This document shows, one piece after another, positions 17,775 to 25,984 of a stretch of 64,000 bases of DNA (position 1 is its first letter; every line of letters starts with the position of its first letter). The stretch is from positions 1 through 64,000 of IMG/VR virus record IMGVR_UViG_3300031841_003798. One strand, given 5' to 3'. The notes under the pieces are model-generated. The model searched no databases, was not told the origin of the DNA, and worked only from the letters and a program-made list of their open reading frames with translations. Origin of the DNA: a virus. The position numbers were made by a program, and so were the translations under genes.

Positions 17775-20700
17775 AGTTTTATAATGGTATGAAGCAAGAT
17801 GCGGCTCGTATTGATCAGCCGCAAGATTCGTATAGGTGGGCACGTAATATCTTATTAGATCACACTACTTTCAGTGTTCGCACTGAAGGAGGTCTAGAAA
17901 ATCTTGGCTCAGGTCGTGATAATGAATACGACTTAAGTACATTTACTACAGTTGAGCTTTGTGGATTTATTGATTTACCACAAGATCAACAGATTGCCGT
18001 ACTCTGGGTAGATGGTACGGATAATCATATTGTACATATTACTGGTAACATTTACCAGCGGATTGCTACTGTGAGTGGAGGTCCTTGGAGGCCGGAGAAT
18101 CCCATTAAAGGTGTAAGCTATGAAAAGCCTAATGGAGATTACGTAGTTGCTTGGACTGACGGGGTAAGTATTCCTGTATACATTATTATGGAAGATCCTG
18201 ATACACAGACTACGGTTACTGTGTATCCCTTGTTTCCAGAAGCTACGTGGCCGAACGTTGTAGCCCGCGATTCACAGTGGGCTCAAGCTGGCAGTATTGC
18301 TACAGGCACGTATACGTTTTTCATTGCATATGAAGTAGATGACAATAACCTTACACCATTTAGCCCAAGCTATGGCGCATTTAAAATTGGTGTAGGTATT
18401 GAGGATCGTCAAGTTAAAGCGCAGATTAAACTGCGTTTTGATGGGCTAGATACTCAGTATGCAAACTACCGTATTTATGTGGCTCACAACCAAAACGAGG
18501 TGGTGAACACATACTATGTTGCTAAACGAAGCACTACCGAATCAAACTTTACATGGTCTGGAGAGATCATTAATACAGACATTTCTATTGATCAGCTGAC
18601 TGTGCCACCCGGCATGTACAGTACGGCAGAAACATTGTCCGTGTTAGATGATCGATTGTACCTAGCTAACGTAAGCAAGCTAACGATTGATGGTCAGGAT
18701 ATTGCGAACAACGTTGTGCTAAAATGGAGCTTTGATTCTAGAGATAGGTACGAGGGAGCGCCTCAATACTTAGACAGCAAAGCATTGTATTGGGCGGGTC
18801 AGTATCGTCAAATTAAAACAGATCTAATTAACGCAGATATGCCTCCTGCCCTGCCGGATCATTACGGCATGAGCATGGGCTTTATGCCAGGCTGTGCCTA
18901 TGTTTTTTACATTGCTTTTTTACTAAAAGATAGTACCTGGACACCAGCGTATCGTATTACGCCTAACTCAGTTAATGCTGATTTAGAAACTAATTTACTG
19001 GGCGGTGACACTCGTTGGAATCGTGTTAATGGTACTGGTAGTGAGTACATGGGAAACCTAGGCAGTATTAGCAATGGAGAAGGAGATATGCTCCATGTAA
19101 TGCCTGATCCTGCACTGATTGGAGAGGCGTGGGGAGCTCAACAAACTGCAGACTATGTATCGACGGTATCTGGTAATTCTAATTCACCTCAAGCTGCATT
19201 TAAGAACAATCGGTTTGCAATGACCGACATTGGAGTTGTTGCTACAAATGTGGTTATCCCTGCTGCAGACCAAGATAATATTGCAGGATACAGCATTTTT
19301 TATAGTAAGGGCAATGCAAACTCTCGTAACGTCATGGCATACTTTCAGCCAGGCGACGCACATTTTCATAGAGTTAACGGAGACGACACCCAGGAGGTAG
19401 TATATCCTACTGATGCTCATGGTTGCTATGATGCATATTTAAACGACTTGCAACCAGTATTAGGTACTTGTCGTTTACGTGCAGTTTATAAACCTCATAC
19501 CAACGGCTCAGCAAACTGGCATGACGTAAGTGGTATGACACAGCCGGTTGGGGCTGTTTCTACATTTGACTTTGAATACCTGCCAGGCAACACTGACGGT
19601 ATTATTTTTTCTACTCGGCATAGAGAAAACAAACTAATTGTACGAGACACTACTCTAGATACAAGCGGCCAGACAGCATATGTACAAGGTGCAGAAACTA
19701 TTAATAGAAATGTTTTAGCCCGTGATACCGATCAAAGTAAGCGTCTCTTTAATAGCACGGTGTCTGGATATGATGCAGTGTATGGAAGTAAAGATGCGTA
19801 TCTAAGTACCTTGGACTCTGGTACATATTTTATGATTGAAAATACCAATCCTAGTAATTGGTACACTGAGTTAGACAACGTAGAGTTAGTTCGTTGTAGC
19901 TTTTTAGAAACTGATTTGTCTAATACAGACATGTCTAAAATCTCGTGGGGCGGCGATGCTGTAGCTCACCCTAACCGTACACGAAATCTTAAGCATATTT
20001 TAGGACACACTCAAACAGGCTCAACCGTAGCTGACTTACCTGAAGATCCAAACAACTGGAGTGGTAACTTTGACTTCAACAACGATTACCGTAAGCCGGT
20101 GTTAGGTGAGTGGGATGGGGGAGAGCCGTTTGATACAGGTACAGATCTTCAGGTAGTCGTAGCAGATAAACGTACGTACATGACATACAGTTATGTGTTG
20201 CAGGCGTTTGAAGACATGGCTGATCCAACGCTACTGTTGGATGAAAACGTAGATATCTATTACGCTACGTGGGTTGCTTATTGGACTGGACCTAACCGCA
20301 CTTTTGCTGGTACTCAATACACAGGTGCCCCTGAAGTATCCAACGGCTTTAATCACCCAGTACACGTATATAAGAAGAACGACTATAAGTCTGCTTTTAC
20401 GTCTGGGCGTAATGAAGAAGTATACTACTACCCCAACCGTATTGTACGTAGCGCAAAACAAAACTATGAGTCAGACACCATTAACTGGAGTCTATTTGCG
20501 CCTCTAGACTATTACGACAATGCACTAAACAAGGGACCTATTCAAAACATTGAGTCTTATGCTGGAGAACTAATCATCCACCATACCGATGGTATTTACA
20601 AGACCATGGGTAAAGAGACTTTAGATACAAGTGCTTTCTCAGTGTTTGTTGGCAGTGGAGATATCTTTCGTGCACCACCTGTAGAGCTAGTGCCAACCGA

Positions 20701-21568
20701 AGAAGGCTACGGAGGTATTCGTAAGCATACCGACACAAGGCTGACTAAAGCTGGTTATGTGTTTGTTGATCCATATACAGGGAGCGTATTCAGGCTAGAC
20801 AATACGTTATCTGATCTAGCATTAAAAGGCATGCGACGGTACTTCCGAGAAGACTTTGCCGGGCTTACACCAAACGGCTACAGTCCGTATGCTGGCATTG
20901 GCTATAGCGTAGGCTATGATCCTGTGTACGATCGCATTTTAGTTACACGTCATAACGGCGCCGGCGTTACAAATTATCAAACCATTAGCTTCAGTCAGAT
21001 GAATGACTGTTGGGCTAGCTTCCATGACTATCGTGTATACGCCTATGGAACGAACCGAGCGGGTGTAACAGTGTTTTCTTCGGATTTACTGCAGTCTATG
21101 AACCCTAACGGTGCTGCTGTCAATGGTGCGTTTATCGAGCCGATTTTTAATGAAGGAGGAAGTATTACTAAAACATTCCAAAACTTCAATTGGGTCACGC
21201 GTCGATACAATGTAGATAACGATGAAGCTATAGGTCAAGAGTTACGCACCTCGTTTGATCAAGCTATCGTATACAACGAACACGGTATTAGTGGCATCGT
21301 AGCACTTGATGGCAACTTACGGTTTGTTGAAGAAGCGTGGAACTTTAACAACTTTAGAAATATGGCCGACACTGCTGCGGCTAATGCTCAATCTTTCTTT
21401 AATAATCAAGGAGGATACATAGCTACAATTAATATAAACAAGCCTTGGTACCAACAACAAAGGATTCGAGGAGGTTTTGCAGGCATACGATTAATCGTTT
21501 TGCCAACCGAAACTGATGTCTTATATTTAAGTGAGGCCTCGGCTAAGTTTCGTGTCTCATACCGCTGA
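17771..21568 (+). CDS. Tail stabilisation/muzzle protein (P22 gp10-like)
   Basis: F..GMKQD..QP.DSYRWARN start, DRLYLANV, YPNRIVRS, WASFHDY; 1265 aa. Confidence 0.8.
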   Translation: MKFYNGMKQDAARIDQPQDSYRWARNILLDHTTFSVRTEGGLENLGSGRDNEYDLSTFTTVELCGFIDLPQDQQIAVLWVDGTDNHIVHITGNIYQRIATVSGGPWRPENPIKGVSYEKPNGDYVVAWTDGVSIPVYIIMEDPDTQTTVTVYPLFPEATWPNVVARDSQWAQAGSIATGTYTFFIAYEVDDNNLTPFSPSYGAFKIGVGIEDRQVKAQIKLRFDGLDTQYANYRIYVAHNQNEVVNTYYVAKRSTTESNFTWSGEIINTDISIDQLTVPPGMYSTAETLSVLDDRLYLANVSKLTIDGQDIANNVVLKWSFDSRDRYEGAPQYLDSKALYWAGQYRQIKTDLINADMPPALPDHYGMSMGFMPGCAYVFYIAFLLKDSTWTPAYRITPNSVNADLETNLLGGDTRWNRVNGTGSEYMGNLGSISNGEGDMLHVMPDPALIGEAWGAQQTADYVSTVSGNSNSPQAAFKNNRFAMTDIGVVATNVVIPAADQDNIAGYSIFYSKGNANSRNVMAYFQPGDAHFHRVNGDDTQEVVYPTDAHGCYDAYLNDLQPVLGTCRLRAVYKPHTNGSANWHDVSGMTQPVGAVSTFDFEYLPGNTDGIIFSTRHRENKLIVRDTTLDTSGQTAYVQGAETINRNVLARDTDQSKRLFNSTVSGYDAVYGSKDAYLSTLDSGTYFMIENTNPSNWYTELDNVELVRCSFLETDLSNTDMSKISWGGDAVAHPNRTRNLKHILGHTQTGSTVADLPEDPNNWSGNFDFNNDYRKPVLGEWDGGEPFDTGTDLQVVVADKRTYMTYSYVLQAFEDMADPTLLLDENVDIYYATWVAYWTGPNRTFAGTQYTGAPEVSNGFNHPVHVYKKNDYKSAFTSGRNEEVYYYPNRIVRSAKQNYESDTINWSLFAPLDYYDNALNKGPIQNIESYAGELIIHHTDGIYKTMGKETLDTSAFSVFVGSGDIFRAPPVELVPTEEGYGGIRKHTDTRLTKAGYVFVDPYTGSVFRLDNTLSDLALKGMRRYFREDFAGLTPNGYSPYAGIGYSVGYDPVYDRILVTRHNGAGVTNYQTISFSQMNDCWASFHDYRVYAYGTNRAGVTVFSSDLLQSMNPNGAAVNGAFIEPIFNEGGSITKTFQNFNWVTRRYNVDNDEAIGQELRTSFDQAIVYNEHGISGIVALDGNLRFVEEAWNFNNFRNMADTAAANAQSFFNNQGGYIATININKPWYQQQRIRGGFAGIRLIVLPTETDVLYLSEASAKFRVSYR
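21516..21535 (+). promoter_or_regulatory. Candidate phage promoter, copy 2
   Basis: ATGTCTTATATTTAAGTGAG at the end of the muzzle gene, upstream of the cargo operon. Confidence 0.45.
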
Positions 21569-21582
21569 TATAAATTTCAGGT

Positions 21583-21729
21583 ATGGGCAGACCTAACCCT
21601 CGACACGGCAAGGGACGCGGGCGTATTAGAACTCACGGTAAGTCTGTTAAACAGGCTAAACAGAAAACTAAGCGTGATACAGAACTTACCGTAACACCCT
21701 GGTTTCCTGAAGATGAGGAAAAAAATTAA
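21583..21729 (+). CDS. Small basic protein (48 aa)
   Basis: MGRPNPRHGKGRGRIRTHGK...WFPEDEEKN*; fills gap and overlaps next start. Confidence 0.45.
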   Translation: MGRPNPRHGKGRGRIRTHGKSVKQAKQKTKRDTELTVTPWFPEDEEKN

Positions 21730-23872
21730 AAAATACGGCCCAGGAGGAACTGCTCCTCCCGGTGGTTTTATCGCAACACTTTTAGATAACCTAGGTGCCG
21801 TACCTGTTAATGGCGGAGTTACGGGTAATCACATGCTTAGTGGTACGCTAGACGCAGATTCAATTGCTGCGGCGTCCATAAACCAGTTTGCTAACGCTAA
21901 CATTCCTCCCAACTTAATGGGAGACTATAGACGAGGATCTATTAATGCCGTTATGGAAGGCGGTACTCCCGGGCAGTTCAACTTTATGAATCAGTTTATG
22001 GCAAACAACAATTTGCCTGCTGCTTCTACTCCTCCTTCTATAAATACAGATCCGTTTCAGTTTATGCCGCAAGTCGGACTGCAAAACCAGATGGCTGCAG
22101 ACGATCAAGCGTTACAACTTGCAGGTCCGATTAATACAGCTGGACCTCAAGTGGGAATGCCGGTAAGCTATCGTCAACCTCCTGCTCCTGTAACTGGAAC
22201 ACCCGCAGCCGGATTGCCTGCTAATCAGCCGTTTAATTTTCAGATGCCTAGTCTTCCTGGCGTTACTGCACCTCAAGCAATGCTTAGTGGGCCAGGAGGT
22301 ATTAACCTTAATGCTGTATCTGGATTAGGTATTGCACCTCCTGAAAACCAATCTAATCTTTCTGTATCCGGAGAAACAAGCTTAGCTCGCGGTTTATTAG
22401 ATCAGTTTGGTACACAAGCTGTAGGCGCGTTAGAACAACATGCTAACGTGGTAAATACCCAAGAGTTTGATAATATGGCCGCTGCAGTCAATAAGACTAC
22501 GCGAGCTGCCAACTTATTGAAAAAAGCTGCTGGCAAGAAAGGAGCAGAGGCACTAGCTAAGTTTAATGCAACTGGTGTAGGAAGTAAGCTTGCAGAAGTT
22601 GCAGGTAGTAAGTTTGGTACATTCTTGTCTAGTGGTGCGGGTGCCGCTACTTCTGCTGGTGTCGGACTGTTAGGTAAAAAGATTCAGCAGTGGGATCAAA
22701 AAGATGGTAACTATAGTAAGGCAGGTGCTATGGGAGGCGGTGCATTACAAGGTGCTGCAATTGGATCTGCACTTGGGCCTATCGGTACTGTAGTAGGTGC
22801 AGGTGTTGGTGCTGCAATAGGAGCTGCTCAAAAGAAAAAGTTTGATGCTCAAGCTAGGTACCAAGACGTTGTAGACGGTGCTAATGAAGGCGCTGCAGAA
22901 GCTAGCCAAAGTTTAGCTAAACGCGCTATTCTTAATACCTTCCCTATCGAGGGTATAAAGGAGCAAGTTTACAATTTAGGCGGAGAGACAGAGCCTGAAG
23001 CAATTGCAGGAGCTATGCCAACTGCGTTAGAGCTTGCCGCTGCGCAGCAGATGAATAGAATGGTTGATCCTATGACGGGAAATATGATGAAAGAAAATCA
23101 CCCGTTAGCTGCCGAATACATTGATAACGACTTAATGAATATTGGTCAACGAACGTGGCTCAATAGTCAAACCGAAGCAGATCCTAATTTACGGCCTGCT
23201 TGGAGTGCAGGTGCAGTATCTAATCTTATGCAAACAGCATATCCTGGATTTAAAAATAGCACGGCTCACGCGGGATATATGCAAGATGTCTTGTTTGGCG
23301 ATAACAAAGCTAACTTTACAGGGGGGCGCACAAGTTTAAAAACATCATTTGTGCCAGGTACTGTATTGACTCAAGGACGAGGCTCTAATTCTGATATGAA
23401 TTATCGCCAAATGAAAAAAACAGTAGAGCAGTATGACCCTAATAAATCTACACCCATGCATGGCGATGTAATTATTGGGTCATATGTAAATGATGCTGGT
23501 GAAACTATGTATCAAATACAAGGCGGTAACATGGCTGACACGTTGTATACTAAAGATTTGTCAGCAAAAGAAATTCGTAACAAGTACCCAATGGCATTAA
23601 TGCCGCCTCAAATGAAACACGGCGGTCATACGAATGATCCTGACTATTTAGCAGAAGGAGGTGAAATGATTCAACACGCACCAGGAGATCTGCCCAAAAC
23701 AGATAACAACGGTAGCGTTACTCCTATCACTAAAACTATCGCTCGTATTAATGGCGATAAGCACAGTGCACCTAGCGGAGGTGTAGGTATGGAAGGAAAG
23801 GAATCCGCACGCATTTATTCTGATCAGCTGCATGTACCGGCTGAACTTGTAGCCCAATTATCTAAACTCTAA
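21713..23872 (+). CDS. Cargo/ejection protein with glycine zipper and DUF2272/CHAP-like amidase domain
   Basis: Low-complexity P/Q/G N-terminus; GAAIGSALGPIGTVVGAGVGAAIG; PAWSAG..F.NSTAH.GY..HGDVI..GGNMADT. Confidence 0.65.
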   Translation: MRKKIKKYGPGGTAPPGGFIATLLDNLGAVPVNGGVTGNHMLSGTLDADSIAAASINQFANANIPPNLMGDYRRGSINAVMEGGTPGQFNFMNQFMANNNLPAASTPPSINTDPFQFMPQVGLQNQMAADDQALQLAGPINTAGPQVGMPVSYRQPPAPVTGTPAAGLPANQPFNFQMPSLPGVTAPQAMLSGPGGINLNAVSGLGIAPPENQSNLSVSGETSLARGLLDQFGTQAVGALEQHANVVNTQEFDNMAAAVNKTTRAANLLKKAAGKKGAEALAKFNATGVGSKLAEVAGSKFGTFLSSGAGAATSAGVGLLGKKIQQWDQKDGNYSKAGAMGGGALQGAAIGSALGPIGTVVGAGVGAAIGAAQKKKFDAQARYQDVVDGANEGAAEASQSLAKRAILNTFPIEGIKEQVYNLGGETEPEAIAGAMPTALELAAAQQMNRMVDPMTGNMMKENHPLAAEYIDNDLMNIGQRTWLNSQTEADPNLRPAWSAGAVSNLMQTAYPGFKNSTAHAGYMQDVLFGDNKANFTGGRTSLKTSFVPGTVLTQGRGSNSDMNYRQMKKTVEQYDPNKSTPMHGDVIIGSYVNDAGETMYQIQGGNMADTLYTKDLSAKEIRNKYPMALMPPQMKHGGHTNDPDYLAEGGEMIQHAPGDLPKTDNNGSVTPITKTIARINGDKHSAPSGGVGMEGKESARIYSDQLHVPAELVAQLSKL

Positions 23873-25977
23873 TGGCTAAGAAAAAAACATACGCTGCAGT
23901 GATGGAGGATATGTCCAAAAAACTGCACACGTATCAAACTCGGTTACAGGAGGCTCAACAGCGCGGAGACACTGTAGGTATGCAAGACTATGGTCGTCGT
24001 ATCCAACGCGTCCAGGCAGGTATGGAAACCTTGTTCAATACGCAAGAGGCAAGCAAACAACCACAGCCCACAATGCAGATGGGATACGGTGGTATTCCCC
24101 AGTACGGTGATGGAACTCCTGAGACTCCGGCTAATCAATGGGATGACAAACAGTATGAGCTTGGGCTTCGTACGTATAATGTTGGAGCTTTAATTAGTTG
24201 GGGCAACCGTCCACAGATTACTACCCCCGATGGCCGGAAGTTTGCTCGATTTGATACGTTGGAAGATGGTTGGAATGCGTTAAACAAACAATTAAAAACT
24301 TACCAGGGAACACGCAAAGACGGAAGGCGTAGTGGTACTGGTATTACAGGAAAGAGCACATTGCGTGAAGCAATGAGTAAATATGCTCCAAAGTTTGAAA
24401 ACGATACAAAAGGATATATCACACGGCTAGTAGATTACTTAAACGCCGGCGGTGAAAACATTACGCCGGATACTCCTATTAGCGAAATTCCTACGGACAA
24501 GTGGGCTAGTGCTATTGCTCTTGTTGAAAGCCCTCAAGGTTATGCTGCACTAGAGCGAGCCAATTTGTTAAACCCTGAAATTCAAGCGGGGTTAGCAAAT
24601 GAAAGCGCTGTAGTTAAAAATCGTAGTACTGCTGCAGCTTTCCAAGAAGCATATCCAGCGGGATTTACTAGTAGTACACAAACTGAGCCTCAACCAGAGC
24701 CAACACGTAGTGGTCCGCGTACTACGCCTAGTCCTGAGCCTGACGTAGCTCCTCGAGCGCAACAGCCTAATCAAGCTCAATTAAATCTGCAGCAACAAGC
24801 TGAGCAAGATGCACGTGATGTAACTAGTACCGCTCCTATTCCTGGACAAAGCGCGTTAGAACGACAGATTGCAGCTAATGCAGAAGCTCAACGCCGCGCA
24901 TTGGAAAATCAAACTCCCGGCGTCTTTAATCCTATTGAACCAGAATACAATCCAGACTTCCGCCCGGGATACGAAGGAAGTTTTGACCCTACTGCTCCCT
25001 TAGATGGAGGGTTTCGTCAAGGTAATCGACAATACTTTCCTCTAGATCCATTAGCAGGGTTGGGTACTAGACCTAGTCCTGAGTTCTTGCGTAATCAAGA
25101 ATTGCAAAGTTTAACCGATGCTGACTTCACATTTGAAGAACCAGTTGATCAAACGCAAACACCAGTTGCTGAAACAAGACAACTTGAAGATCTGGCAGAC
25201 GTAGACTTGACATTCGAAGATCCAGTAGATGAAGGGCCGGAAGGTGCAGCTCGTAATGTAATAGACTATGAAACTCCAGAGGTAGGCACATATGATAATG
25301 CTGTTGCAGGACAAGATCCATTTAGAAGCTACGATGGATCTGCTGAAGCAGTTAGTCAAAATATGTCTAGCCTGTTTGGACAGTTAGTTCCTGAACAAAA
25401 TAAGCTAGCACAATACGCGCAGTTTTTGCCGGACTTGTACGCGGCTTATCAAATGGAGCAAGTAAAAGGTCCTGTCGACATGCCATCACAAACGTTGGCA
25501 CGTATGAATACGGCCCTTAACTACAATCCTATCTATGCCCAAGCGCGTCAACAGTTAACACAAGAGAATTCGATGATTGATCGTAATGTGTCTAACCCTG
25601 TTGTAGCTGCCGCTCTTAAACGAAGCGCTGCTAACCAAGCACAGAGTGTGATGGGACAAACTATGGCTAGTGAGATTGATCAAGAGCGGCAACTAGCTAA
25701 TCAATACGCGCAAAACATTGCGCAAAATAGAAACATTAACGCCCAGATTGCTGCTCAAAATCAACAACGGCAAACCGACTTTCAAAACGAAAAACGTGCC
25801 GCTCGAGCAGACATGTTGCAACAAGCTGGTCTCAGGATGGGACAGATTTACGGAGAGAATCAAAACCGTCAGTTAGATTTACAACGCCTAGGATTGTCTG
25901 CATTACAGTTTGAAGGTGATATGTTAGGACGTATGGGCACTAACTTAGAAGCTATGAAAGCGGCAGGCTTAATCTAA
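23872..25977 (+). CDS. Cargo/ejection protein with lysozyme-like domain
   Basis: RTYNVG..FARFDTLEDGWNAL..L.TY..TLREAMSKYAP..ENDT.GY..AIALVE; Q/N-rich coiled-coil C-terminus. Confidence 0.65.
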   Translation: MAKKKTYAAVMEDMSKKLHTYQTRLQEAQQRGDTVGMQDYGRRIQRVQAGMETLFNTQEASKQPQPTMQMGYGGIPQYGDGTPETPANQWDDKQYELGLRTYNVGALISWGNRPQITTPDGRKFARFDTLEDGWNALNKQLKTYQGTRKDGRRSGTGITGKSTLREAMSKYAPKFENDTKGYITRLVDYLNAGGENITPDTPISEIPTDKWASAIALVESPQGYAALERANLLNPEIQAGLANESAVVKNRSTAAAFQEAYPAGFTSSTQTEPQPEPTRSGPRTTPSPEPDVAPRAQQPNQAQLNLQQQAEQDARDVTSTAPIPGQSALERQIAANAEAQRRALENQTPGVFNPIEPEYNPDFRPGYEGSFDPTAPLDGGFRQGNRQYFPLDPLAGLGTRPSPEFLRNQELQSLTDADFTFEEPVDQTQTPVAETRQLEDLADVDLTFEDPVDEGPEGAARNVIDYETPEVGTYDNAVAGQDPFRSYDGSAEAVSQNMSSLFGQLVPEQNKLAQYAQFLPDLYAAYQMEQVKGPVDMPSQTLARMNTALNYNPIYAQARQQLTQENSMIDRNVSNPVVAAALKRSAANQAQSVMGQTMASEIDQERQLANQYAQNIAQNRNINAQIAAQNQQRQTDFQNEKRAARADMLQQAGLRMGQIYGENQNRQLDLQRLGLSALQFEGDMLGRMGTNLEAMKAAGLI

Positions 25978-25984
25978 TTACACT

